Positions 31,453 to 41,029 of a stretch of 58,049 nucleotides of DNA are shown piece after piece. The notes beneath the pieces were generated by a model. The model was not told the DNA's origin. It was given only the letters and a program-made list of their open reading frames with translations, and ran no database searches. How positions within the stretch are numbered: the stretch's first letter is position 1; each line of letters opens with the position of its first letter. Made by a program: the position numbers and the translations under genes. Source of the stretch: Hyphomicrobiales bacterium (GTDB lineage: Bacteria > Pseudomonadota > Alphaproteobacteria > Rhizobiales > Xanthobacteraceae); the NCBI GenBank assembly GCA_003152455.1, contig PMAF01000314.1, positions 1 through 58,049 of the forward strand. The letters are read 5' to 3'.

Positions 31453-33077
31453 GCATTACCCCGCGCATCCCGTCGTTGATTCCGGAATCCGCGCCGTTCA
31501 CGCCCGAGCAGCGCACCTGGCTGAATGGCCTGTTCGCCGGCATGATCTCGCTGGAAGAGAGCGTGACGCCGCTGTCCGACGAACAGGTGGCCAAACTGAT
31601 GCCGGGCCTGCTCGAGCGCGGCGCGCCCGCCGAAGAAGACGACGGTGCGCCCTGGCACGATCCCGCCATGCCGCTGCCCGACCGTATGAAGCTCGCCGAC
31701 GGCAAGCCGTTGCCGCGCCGGTTGATGGCGGCGATGGCGCAGCAGGATTGCAGCCAATGCGGCTATAACTGCAAGGACTACGCCGAAGCGTTGTTCACGA
31801 AGAAAGAAGAGCGGCTGAATTTGTGCGTGCCGGGCGGCAAGGACACCGCCCGCATGCTCAAGAATCTATATGCCGAACTCGGGCAGGCGGCGCCTGCGGC
31901 GAAGGCCGACGCCGCGCCTGCGCCGGCCGCGCCGGTGTCGGCGCCCGGCCGCTCGCGCGATAATCCGGTTTACGCGACGTTCCTGTCGCGCCGCCGCCTC
32001 AACAAAGAGGGCTCCGAAAAAGAGACCTGGCATATCGAGTTTGATCTCGCCGATTGCGGGCTCGACTACGAGGTCGGCGACAGCTTCGGCGTCTATCCGG
32101 CGAACGATTCCGCGCTGGTCGATGCGGTGCTTGCCGCGCTCGACGCGCCGCCGGAGTTTCCGATCGGCGGGCGCACCTTGCGCGAGGCGCTGACCGACGG
32201 CGTATCGCTGTCGCCGGCGCCGGACATGCTGTTCCAGCTCATTTCCTACCTCACCGGCGGCGAGCGGAAGAAGAAAGCCAAGGCGCTGGCCGACGGGCAG
32301 GATCCCGACGGCGACGCCGGCACGCTCGACGTGCTGGCGGCGTTGCAGAAATTTCCCGGCATCCGGCCGGACCCGGAAGCCTTCATCGAGTCGCTCGATG
32401 CTTTGCAGCCGCGCGTCTATTCGATTTCGTCGTCACTCAAATGCAATCCGGGCCGTGTCGCGCTCACAGTCGATGCCGTTCGCTATCAGGTGGACAAGCG
32501 CACGCGTCTTGGTGTTGCTTCGACATTTCTCGCAGGCCGCGTTTCGCCCGGCGACAAGATCAGGGTCTATGTGCAGAAAGCCCAGCACTTCGCGCTGCCG
32601 GCCGATCCCAATAAGCCGATCATCATGATTGGGCCTGGCACCGGCATCGCACCGTTCCGGGCGTTCCTGCAGGAGCGCATGGCGAGCAAGGCGCCGGGAC
32701 CCAACTGGCTCTATTTCGGCCACCAGCGCAGCGACTACGATTTTTTCTATGAGGACGAACTCAAGGAGATGCGCAGAAACGGCCATCTCACGCGACTGAC
32801 GCTTGCCTGGTCGCGCGACGGCAGCGAGAAGATTTACGTGCAGCACCGCATGCGCGACGACGGCCGCGACCTCTGGGCCTGGCTCGAACGCGGCGCGTAT
32901 ATCTACGTTTGCGGCGATGCCCTGCGCATGGCGAAAGATGTCGAACGCGCGCTGACCGACGTGGTGGCCGAGCACGGCAAGCGCAGCCCGGAAGACGCCG
33001 CGCGCTACGTCGCCGAGTTGAAAAAAACGACCGCTACCAAGCTGACGTTTATTAAAGGATTGAAGCCGTGGATCTGA
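31449..33077 (+). CDS. Sulfite-reductase-alpha-like NADPH flavoprotein with Fe-S domain; C-terminus frameshifted (expected stop 33055)
   Basis: QQDCSQCGYNC..CVPGG, RVYSISSS, MIGPGTGIAPF, YVCGDA; canonical RYQADVY* lies in the -1 frame after A7 at 33021-33027. Confidence 0.85.
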   Translation: MSITPRIPSLIPESAPFTPEQRTWLNGLFAGMISLEESVTPLSDEQVAKLMPGLLERGAPAEEDDGAPWHDPAMPLPDRMKLADGKPLPRRLMAAMAQQDCSQCGYNCKDYAEALFTKKEERLNLCVPGGKDTARMLKNLYAELGQAAPAAKADAAPAPAAPVSAPGRSRDNPVYATFLSRRRLNKEGSEKETWHIEFDLADCGLDYEVGDSFGVYPANDSALVDAVLAALDAPPEFPIGGRTLREALTDGVSLSPAPDMLFQLISYLTGGERKKKAKALADGQDPDGDAGTLDVLAALQKFPGIRPDPEAFIESLDALQPRVYSISSSLKCNPGRVALTVDAVRYQVDKRTRLGVASTFLAGRVSPGDKIRVYVQKAQHFALPADPNKPIIMIGPGTGIAPFRAFLQERMASKAPGPNWLYFGHQRSDYDFFYEDELKEMRRNGHLTRLTLAWSRDGSEKIYVQHRMRDDGRDLWAWLERGAYIYVCGDALRMAKDVERALTDVVAEHGKRSPEDAARYVAELKKTTATKLTFIKGLKPWI

Positions 33078-34534
33078 TACGCACACCTTCCGAAACACGC
33101 TCCGGCAAAATGGCGCCGCTGGCGCGGCTTCCGGTTTTTCTGGCGCTCGAGGGCAAACGCGCGGTCATCGCCGGCGGCACCGCCGCCGCGGCGTGGAAAG
33201 TGGAATTGCTGTCGGCCGCCGGCGCGCGCGTGGAGGTCTACGCCGAGACGCCATCCGATGAGCTGTTGCAGGTTGCCGGCGACCCGCCGCGCGGTGCGAT
33301 CGCGGTGCAGCGGCGCGGCTGGACGGCGGATGACCTGAAGGGCGCGGCGGTGGCCATCGGCGCCTTCGAGGACGATGACGCCTCCGCCGCCTTTGCCGCC
33401 GCCGCCCGCGATCTCGGCGTCCCGGTCAATGTTATCGACAAGCCGGCGTTCTGCGACTTCGCCTTCGGCGCAATCGTCAACCGCTCGCCGTTGGTGATCG
33501 GCATTTCCACCGACGGCGCCGCGCCGGTATTCGCGCAAGCGATCAGGGCCAAACTGGAAGCGCTGCTGCCGAAAGGGTTTGCCGATTGGGCCGCCGCTGC
33601 CGCGCACTGGCGTGTCGCGCTGAAGGCGTCCGGCCTGCCGTTTTTGGGCCGCCGCAAGTTTTGGCAATTGTTCACCGCGCATGCCATCCGAAATCCCGAC
33701 GGCGAGCCGGCGCAGAACGATTTCGAACGCTTTGTCGCCGAGGTGCAAGGTTTAGGAAGCGCGGTCGAGAACGGTTCGGTCATTTTGGTCGGCGCCGGCC
33801 CTGGCGATCCCGAATTGCTGACGCTGCGCGCGGTGCGCGCGCTGCAATCGGCCGACGTGATCCTGTTCGACGACCTGGTGTCGCGCGACGTGCTTGACTT
33901 CGCCCGCCGCGAGGCGCGCAAGATGCTGGTCGGCAAGACCGGCTTCGGGCCATCGTGCAAGCAGGACGATATCAATGCGCTGATGGTGAGCCTCGCCAAG
34001 CAGGGCAAGCGCGTGGTGCGGCTCAAGGGCGGCGATCCGCTGATTTTTGGCCGCGCGGCCGAGGAGATCGCGGCCTGCCGGGCCGCCAATATCGCGGTCG
34101 ACGTGGTGCCCGGCATCACCGCGGCGCAAGGCGCGGCCAGCCGGCTCGGCATTCCTTTGACCGACCGCAATCATGCCCGCCGGCTGCAATACGTTACCGG
34201 CCACGCGCACGATGGCGCGTTGCCGGCGGACCTCGATTGGCAGAGCCTTGCCGACCCGGCCACGACCACCGCGATCTACATGCCGGTCCGCACATTGGCT
34301 GCGCTGGTCGAGAAGGCCACCGCCGAAGGGCTCGACCCGCAGACGCCGGCGCTGGCAATCGCCAACGCCACGCGGGCGAATCAGGCCGTGGTTTCAGCCC
34401 CGATCCGCGAATTGCCCGCGCTGCTTGCGCAGGCCGCGTTGCGGGGGCCGGTGCTGGTCATGATGGGACGGGTGTTCGGCGAATACGCCGGCGCGAAATC
34501 AAGCGCGCCGCGCGCGGATCAGAAAGCCGGCTGA
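33068..34534 (+). CDS. cysG: Siroheme synthase
   Basis: VNVIDKP..CDF, ISTDGAAPV, LVGAGPGDPELLTL, RLKGGDP, VPGITAA. Confidence 0.95.
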   Translation: MDLIRTPSETRSGKMAPLARLPVFLALEGKRAVIAGGTAAAAWKVELLSAAGARVEVYAETPSDELLQVAGDPPRGAIAVQRRGWTADDLKGAAVAIGAFEDDDASAAFAAAARDLGVPVNVIDKPAFCDFAFGAIVNRSPLVIGISTDGAAPVFAQAIRAKLEALLPKGFADWAAAAAHWRVALKASGLPFLGRRKFWQLFTAHAIRNPDGEPAQNDFERFVAEVQGLGSAVENGSVILVGAGPGDPELLTLRAVRALQSADVILFDDLVSRDVLDFARREARKMLVGKTGFGPSCKQDDINALMVSLAKQGKRVVRLKGGDPLIFGRAAEEIAACRAANIAVDVVPGITAAQGAASRLGIPLTDRNHARRLQYVTGHAHDGALPADLDWQSLADPATTTAIYMPVRTLAALVEKATAEGLDPQTPALAIANATRANQAVVSAPIRELPALLAQAALRGPVLVMMGRVFGEYAGAKSSAPRADQKAG

Positions 34535-34544
34535 CAAGCCCGGC

Positions 34545-35288
34545 TCAGCGCATGTTGTAGCGGATCGGCACCGATATCGCGATCTGCGCGCCGGAAATCT
34601 CCTGCGGCGGCGCCGGCAGCGGCGCGGCGCGCTCGACCAGCGCCAGCGTCGCTTCGTCGAGCAGGCGCGAGCCCGAGCTGCGTACAATGCGGGCGTGGTG
34701 CACGCCGCCGTCGCGGTCGACGCTGAAGGCGAGTTGCGCCACGCCTTGCTCGCCGCGCGATTGCGCCTCGGACGGATAGCGCTTGGCGCGTTCGAGCCGG
34801 GCGACTAATTGCGATTTCCAGTTCGGCACCGCGTCGGGATTGCGAGAGGAGGCGCCCGGCGTCGGCGCAGCCGCCCGCTCGGCTTTTCTTTCAGCCGGGC
34901 TCGGAGCGCTGCTCAGGCTGGCCTGCTTTTGCCGGTGCTTCTTTTCGACCCGCTTTTCGATCGGCTTCAGCGGCGGCATGACCGCGAGCTGCGGTTCGGC
35001 CTGCGGCTCGACCGGTAGCTCGACTTTCTTCTCTATCGGTTTCTCGACCGGCTTCACTTCTTCGGGCTGCGGCTGCGCTTCGGTCTGCTCCGGGCCGGGC
35101 GGCGCTTCGGTCGGCTTGATATTGGGCGCGACCGGCACGGCGGCGAGCTCGATCATAATCACCGGCGCGTTCGCCACCAGATCGGAATCCTCGTGCCAAT
35201 GCGCCAGCAGCGCCGCCGCGCCGGCGGCGTGGATGCCCAGCGCCAGCACGAAACATGCGCCCCAGCGCAAGCTGCTGCGCGGCTTCAC
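34545..35288 (-). CDS. tonB: TonB energy transducer
   Basis: N-terminal TM with LGIHAAG, Pro/Glu/Lys-rich spacer, RYPSEAQSRGEQG, SSGSRLLDEA. Confidence 0.85.
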   Translation of the reverse strand: MKPRSSLRWGACFVLALGIHAAGAAALLAHWHEDSDLVANAPVIMIELAAVPVAPNIKPTEAPPGPEQTEAQPQPEEVKPVEKPIEKKVELPVEPQAEPQLAVMPPLKPIEKRVEKKHRQKQASLSSAPSPAERKAERAAAPTPGASSRNPDAVPNWKSQLVARLERAKRYPSEAQSRGEQGVAQLAFSVDRDGGVHHARIVRSSGSRLLDEATLALVERAAPLPAPPQEISGAQIAISVPIRYNMR

Positions 35289-35710
35289 TTGAGCTTCTCC
35301 GCTTCGAGCCCTACCAGCGCCACGTGCAGATAGCCGGCGCTGCGCAGCTCGTTCATCAGCGTCATCAGTTCGCCATAGGGCACGGTCTTGTCGGCGCGCA
35401 GGAACACGCGCTGCTGCTTGTCGCCGGCGGTCGCCTGATCGAGCGCGGCGCCGAGCGTGGCGCGGCTCACCGCATCGGCGCCGAGCGTCACGCTCAAGTC
35501 GGATTTGAGCGTCAGGAACAGCGGCTTGTCGGGACGCGCGCTGGGCTCAATATTGGCGGCCGGCAGATCGACGGAAATATCCACGGTCGCCAGCGGCGCC
35601 GCGATCATGAAGATGATCAGCAGCACCAAGATGACGTCGATGAACGGCGTGACGTTGATCTCGTGGATCTCGCTTAAAGCTTCCTCGCCGTGATCGAGAC
35701 GCAGGCTCAT
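35285..35710 (-). CDS. exbD: Biopolymer transport protein ExbD
   Basis: EINVTPFIDVILVLLIIFMI, FLRADK. Confidence 0.93.
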   Translation of the reverse strand: MSLRLDHGEEALSEIHEINVTPFIDVILVLLIIFMIAAPLATVDISVDLPAANIEPSARPDKPLFLTLKSDLSVTLGADAVSRATLGAALDQATAGDKQQRVFLRADKTVPYGELMTLMNELRSAGYLHVALVGLEAEKLK

Positions 35711-35714
35711 CGGA

Positions 35715-36551
<837 letters not shown>

Positions 36552-36725
36552 GTCGTAGTTCTGGCCCTTTTGGGTCCCTTTGTCTGCCCGGTCGCCTATT
36601 GTAACTTTGTAACGTAATTGCGTCATTCCCTCGGCCACCGATTGAACGGCGGGCCACTTGCATGCCAGTGTCCCGCGCCGGCCAAGCGCCGGCACGTGTT
36701 CATCATGCAAGGAATCCCGATCGCC

Positions 36726-37247
36726 ATGCCGTTTTCAATGTCGAAAAGCTCCCTGCCGGTCTTCGAGATCGGCCTCAACGCGCTGTCGGGCGTGCTCGAC
36801 AAGGCCGCGGCCTTCGTCGCGGCGAAGAAAGTCGACCCCGCGGTGCTGCTCGGCTGGCGGCTCGCGCCGGACATGTTCGCGCTCGCCCGCCAGGTGCAGG
36901 TCGCCTGCGACCAGGCCAAGAACGGCGCCGCGCGGCTCGCCAGCGCCGAGCCGCCGAAATTCGAGGACAACGAAACCACCCTCGACCAGCTCAAGGAGCG
37001 CATCGCCAAGACTGTGGCCTATCTCAAGACGCTCGATACCAAGGCGATCGACGCTTCAGCCGATCGCGAGATCACATTCCCGCTCGGGCCGAAAACGGGC
37101 CACATGCAAGGCGGCGACTACCTCAATCATTTCGTGCTGCCGAACTTCTATTTCCATCTCACCGCGGCCTACACGATCGCGCGTCATTGCGGCGTGGAGG
37201 TCGGCAAGCGCGACTTTTTGGGCAACATTCCGGTCCAGCGGACCTAA
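36726..37247 (+). CDS. DUF1993 family (DinB/YfiT-like) protein
   Basis: RLAPDMFALARQV, PKFEDNE, LPNFYFHLTAAY..RHCGV.VGKRDF; AAGGA RBS. Confidence 0.88.
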   Translation: MPFSMSKSSLPVFEIGLNALSGVLDKAAAFVAAKKVDPAVLLGWRLAPDMFALARQVQVACDQAKNGAARLASAEPPKFEDNETTLDQLKERIAKTVAYLKTLDTKAIDASADREITFPLGPKTGHMQGGDYLNHFVLPNFYFHLTAAYTIARHCGVEVGKRDFLGNIPVQRT

Positions 37248-37269
37248 GCGGTCCGCGCCGCAGCCGACG

Positions 37270-37304
37270 AAAAAAGCCGCCCGCCGGTTTCCCGGCGCGG
37301 CGGC
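37270..37304 (-). terminator. Rho-independent terminator after the ABC binding-protein gene
   Basis: Minus strand GCCGCCGCGCCGG-GAAA-CCGGCGGGCGGC-TTTTTT between convergent genes. Confidence 0.75.
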
Positions 37305-37321
37305 GTCATCGGGCTCGGTCG

Positions 37322-38329
37322 TTACTTGAGCCGCTTGGCGGCGTCTTTCACCAGGCTCAGATCGGCGTATTTCGCGATGTCGAGCTTCTTCTTGACGAAG
37401 CCCAACTCGCGCGTCACCTCGACGTTACGCTGCAATGCCTCGAGGTTCGGAATGAGATTCGGATCCCTATAGGTATCGGCCTTGGTGAACAGCCAGCCGA
37501 ACCGCTCCGGCGGCGCCTTGGTGATCTTGGACGCTATCTTGGCGACTTCGTCGTGGTTCTTCGGGTCGAGGTACCAGTGCACGATGCGCAGCATGTCCTC
37601 CATGAAATCGACCATGGCGGCGCGGTGCTTGTCGATGAACGACTTGCGCGCGGTCAGCATGATCATCTGGGTGACGCCCAGAATGTCGCGCTGCTCGAAC
37701 AGGACCTTGCCGTCTTCCCGCAGCTTCGGATTGAACGAGAACGGCAGCACCACCGGAATGAGGTCCACTTTCTTTTCCAGCAGCATGGCCGGCATCGCCG
37801 GCAGCGGGCCTTCCAGCATGGTGTAGTCGCGCTTCTCCTCGAGGCCATGCTTGTGCAGCATGGCGCGGATGGCGACGTCGATGGCGCTGCCGCCGCCATT
37901 GGTGCCGATTACCTTGCCCTTGAGGTCCTCGACCTTGTTGATGCCCGAGTCCTTGCGCACGTAATATTGCCCGCTGTAGTAGCCGGGCACGCCGTCCTGG
38001 AATTCATCGGCAATGACGCGGATGTCGTCGAGCCCAGCGTTTTCGATGGCGATGGCGAGCGAGGAATAAGCGAGGCTGGCGACTTCGAGCTCGTTGTTGG
38101 CGATGGCCGCGATCGTCTGCGGCGTGCCCTGGTAGTGGATCGACTCGAGCGTGTAGGACTTGCCCATATGCTGGGCGAGATCCTTCTTCTCCAAAATGAT
38201 CGAACCCCAGTTGGCGATCGGGGCCACCCACGACATGCGGATCTTCACCGGCTCCGCGCTACGGGCGCTGCCGGTGGCGAAAAGGCCGAGCGCGCACACG
38301 CCGGCCAGCGCGAGTTTCATGAAGCGCAT
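37322..38329 (-). CDS. NitT/TauT (SsuA-like) ABC substrate-binding protein
   Basis: Signal peptide, DLKGKVIGTNGGGSAID; GGGAGG RBS. Confidence 0.88.
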   Translation of the reverse strand: MRFMKLALAGVCALGLFATGSARSAEPVKIRMSWVAPIANWGSIILEKKDLAQHMGKSYTLESIHYQGTPQTIAAIANNELEVASLAYSSLAIAIENAGLDDIRVIADEFQDGVPGYYSGQYYVRKDSGINKVEDLKGKVIGTNGGGSAIDVAIRAMLHKHGLEEKRDYTMLEGPLPAMPAMLLEKKVDLIPVVLPFSFNPKLREDGKVLFEQRDILGVTQMIMLTARKSFIDKHRAAMVDFMEDMLRIVHWYLDPKNHDEVAKIASKITKAPPERFGWLFTKADTYRDPNLIPNLEALQRNVEVTRELGFVKKKLDIAKYADLSLVKDAAKRLK

Positions 38330-38462
38330 CATTTCCTCCCAGTTTCGCCGTGCTTGCGCTTGAGCTTTGGCAAGCTTCACGCCGCGAATGCAAAGATTGT
38401 CGGGCGTCCAATCGATTTTGGCAAGCCTCACGGCCGCGGCGTTTTACCCGCCATGCGGTACA

Positions 38463-38534
38463 GCGCATGGCCCCGAAAAGTTTGTCCTCGACTCGATCGG
38501 GGATGGGTACCGGTTTTCGGAAAAGGCCATGCGC
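38463..38534. repeat. Palindromic REP/RIME-like element, long variant with internal hairpin insert
   Basis: gcgcatggccccgaaaagt[ttgtcctcgactcgatcggggat]gggtaccggttttcggaaaaggccatgcgc. Confidence 0.8.
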
Positions 38535-38547
38535 AAAAGAAAGAAGT

Positions 38548-39384
38548 CTATGCTGTCGTCGGCTCGTTGCTTTCCTGGTGCCAGATCAACAGCCGCCGAC
38601 GGATCAAAGCCATAACCTTGACCAGGCAATAGCCGACCACGGCGATCTCGACGATGCCGGCGAATACGCCGGTGGAATTGGCGAAACGCGATGCCGTCAT
38701 CATGGCGCCGCCGAGGCCATAGCCGCCCATCAGCATCTCGGCCACCACCGCTACGATCAGCGACAGCGGCAGCGCCACCTGCAGTCCGGTCATGATCTGC
38801 GGGCTCGCCGCAGGCAGCACGATCTGCGTCAGCAGTTCGCGGTTGTTCGCCCCCATGTTGCGCGCCGACCAGATCAACTCACGCTCGACGCCCTGAATGG
38901 CGATGACGGTGGCGGCGATCACCGGAAAAATGGCGTCGATGACGATGATGGTTATCTTCGAGACGTCGTAGACGCCGAGCCACAGGATCACCACCGGCAG
39001 GAAGGCTATCTTCGGCATCGGAAAGCCGACCGAGATGATCGGATCGAAAAACCAATTGGCGATCGCGCTGCGCGACATCGCCATGCCGATGATGACGCCG
39101 AACACCGCGCAGATCGCAAAGGCCGTCAGCGCGCGGTACAGCGTCAGCGCCGTGTTGATCCACAGGTCGCCAGACCAGGCGTCGCTGCCGATGCGCTCGA
39201 CCACCTCGCTGAATGCCGGCAGCTGAAAATGCGTGAAGGTGCCGCTGCGCGCCAGGATTTCCCAGGCCGCGAGCAGCAGCACGATCGAAAACACGCGCGT
39301 GAACGCCCCGAACAGCCAATAGACCAAGCGGGCGGCTTTCTCCGGCAAGCCGCCTGGCGCGTCGGCCGGCATGATTTGCGTCAC
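38548..39384 (-). CDS. NitT/TauT ABC permease
   Basis: PMPKIAFLPVVILWLG, ELIWSARNMGA, VVAEMLMG; GTGA overlap. Confidence 0.9.
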   Translation of the reverse strand: MTQIMPADAPGGLPEKAARLVYWLFGAFTRVFSIVLLLAAWEILARSGTFTHFQLPAFSEVVERIGSDAWSGDLWINTALTLYRALTAFAICAVFGVIIGMAMSRSAIANWFFDPIISVGFPMPKIAFLPVVILWLGVYDVSKITIIVIDAIFPVIAATVIAIQGVERELIWSARNMGANNRELLTQIVLPAASPQIMTGLQVALPLSLIVAVVAEMLMGGYGLGGAMMTASRFANSTGVFAGIVEIAVVGYCLVKVMALIRRRLLIWHQESNEPTTA

Positions 39385-40121
39385 TCGCGCCATGCCAGCG
39401 TCCGTTTGGTGATAACGAGATAAATCCGGTCGGCGGCAAAGCCGAGGAACGCCACCGTCAGCACCACCGCGTACATCGCGTCATACGAGCCGTTGGCGCC
39501 GAGCGAGCCGATCAGATAGCCGAAGCCCTTCTGCGCCACGATCAGTTCGGACGACACCAGCAGGATGAAGGAGAGCGCCAGCGCGGTGCGAACGCCGTTG
39601 AGCATTTCCGGCATCGCGCTCGGCACCACCACGTCCCACAGCATGCGCAGCCTATTGGCGCCCATGCTGCGCGCCGACCAGACCAGCGCTTGTTCACTGG
39701 ATCGTGCGCCGTTGAAGGCACCGATGGTGACCGGCAGCATGCAGCCGAGGAAAATCAGCAGGATCTTGGAGCCGTCGCCGTAGCCGAGCCAGATCACGGT
39801 GACCGGGATCAGCGCCGATTTCGGCAGTGGGTAGAACATCTCGACCAGAGGGCTGAGCAGCACGTTCGCCGGCTTCCACCACGCCATGACGATGCCGAGC
39901 GTGGCGCCGACCAAAATCGCGAGCCCCAAGCCGGCGAAGGCGCGGTAGAGCGAGGATAACCCGTTGCTGACGAGATCGCCGTCTTTCAGCAGGTCGATCC
40001 AGGCCCGGATCACGTCGGACAGTGGCGGCAGCGCGGTGGTCGATACCAGCTCGAAACGCGCCGCCAGCTCCCAGGCTATGGCCAGCAGCAGCAGCGGGAG
40101 ATACCGCACGACCTGCTTCAC
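39381..40121 (-). CDS. NitT/TauT ABC permease
   Basis: YPLPKSALIP, WSARSMGA, LVSSELI..KGFGYL. Confidence 0.9.
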   Translation of the reverse strand: MKQVVRYLPLLLLAIAWELAARFELVSTTALPPLSDVIRAWIDLLKDGDLVSNGLSSLYRAFAGLGLAILVGATLGIVMAWWKPANVLLSPLVEMFYPLPKSALIPVTVIWLGYGDGSKILLIFLGCMLPVTIGAFNGARSSEQALVWSARSMGANRLRMLWDVVVPSAMPEMLNGVRTALALSFILLVSSELIVAQKGFGYLIGSLGANGSYDAMYAVVLTVAFLGFAADRIYLVITKRTLAWRE

Positions 40122-40912
40122 GGCGCCCGTACTCCCTGCGCCTTGAGCGCTTCGTCCTTCACCAGATCCCAGAGCTCGTCCACCTTCTCGACGAAGGCCT
40201 TGGCCTTGTGGACGTGGGGATCGGTCTTGTCGAACTTGGTATCGACGATGGTCTTGATGCGGCCCGGCCGCGCCGACATCACCGCCACCCGGTCGGCGAG
40301 ATAGACCGCTTCCTGCACGTCGTGGGTGACGAAGATCACGGTCTTCGGCGTGCGCTGCCAGATGCGCAACAGCTCGCTCTGCATCAGGCCGCGGGTCTGC
40401 GCGTCGAGCGCGCCGAACGGCTCGTCCATCAGCAGGATTTTCGGATCGAAGGCGAGCGTGCGCGCGATGGCGCAGCGCTGCCGCATGCCGCCGGAGAGTT
40501 GCGAGGGGAAGCTGTCCTCGAAGCCGGAAAGGCCGACCAGTTCGATGAAATCGAGCGCGCGCTTTTCGCGTTCCTCCCTCGGCATGCCCTGCCGTTCCAG
40601 GCCGTAGAGGATGTTGCCGCGCACGGTTTTCCACGGAAACAGCGCGAAATGCTGGAACACGATGCCGCGGTCGGGGCCGGGGCCGGCGACCGGATTGCCG
40701 TCGACCCGGATTGCGCCGGTCTCGGCCGGGAGAAAGCCGCCAATCAAATAGAGCAGCGTCGACTTGCCGCAGCCGGACGGCCCCAGCAAGGCGATGAATT
40801 CGCGATTTTGTACCTCGAGCGAAACCCGCTCGAGCGCCAGCACCGCGCGGCCGCGCGGCGGGCGATAGAGGTGGCTGACGCCGTCGACGACGATTTGCGC
40901 AGGTGCGGCCAT
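40118..40912 (-). CDS. NitT/TauT ABC ATP-binding protein
   Basis: GPSGCGKST, LSGGMRQR, LLMDEPFGALD, FVTHD. Confidence 0.95.
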   Translation of the reverse strand: MAAPAQIVVDGVSHLYRPPRGRAVLALERVSLEVQNREFIALLGPSGCGKSTLLYLIGGFLPAETGAIRVDGNPVAGPGPDRGIVFQHFALFPWKTVRGNILYGLERQGMPREEREKRALDFIELVGLSGFEDSFPSQLSGGMRQRCAIARTLAFDPKILLMDEPFGALDAQTRGLMQSELLRIWQRTPKTVIFVTHDVQEAVYLADRVAVMSARPGRIKTIVDTKFDKTDPHVHKAKAFVEKVDELWDLVKDEALKAQGVRAP

Positions 40913-40980
40913 GACGGCAGAAGCGTCCCTAACCGCCGCCATATGTCAAGCGCCTGCGGCTATGTTTCAATGGCGGCGAT

Positions 40981-40997
40981 GTCCTATAATGTAGGAC
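40981..40997. promoter_or_regulatory. Palindromic operator candidate overlapping a TATAAT box
   Basis: GTCCTA-TAATG-TAGGAC in the divergent gap between the ABC ATPase and the aldolase. Confidence 0.6.
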
Positions 40998-41029
40998 ACC
41001 CAACCATCCCCACACGAGAGGAAGCCACA

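Noticed and set aside
34880-35110. Repetitive Pro/Glu/Lys sequence in tonB
   Set aside because: Normal periplasm-spanning linker of TonB.
36552-36725. Possible cobalamin riboswitch or Fur/Irr box upstream of exbB
   Set aside because: No B12-box core (GGGAA...GCCACTG...AGYCAGRAGAC) or recognisable iron box.
38366-38426. 10-bp direct repeat TTTGGCAAGC upstream of the ABC binding protein
   Set aside because: Only two copies 51 nt apart, with no matching promoter geometry; could be chance.
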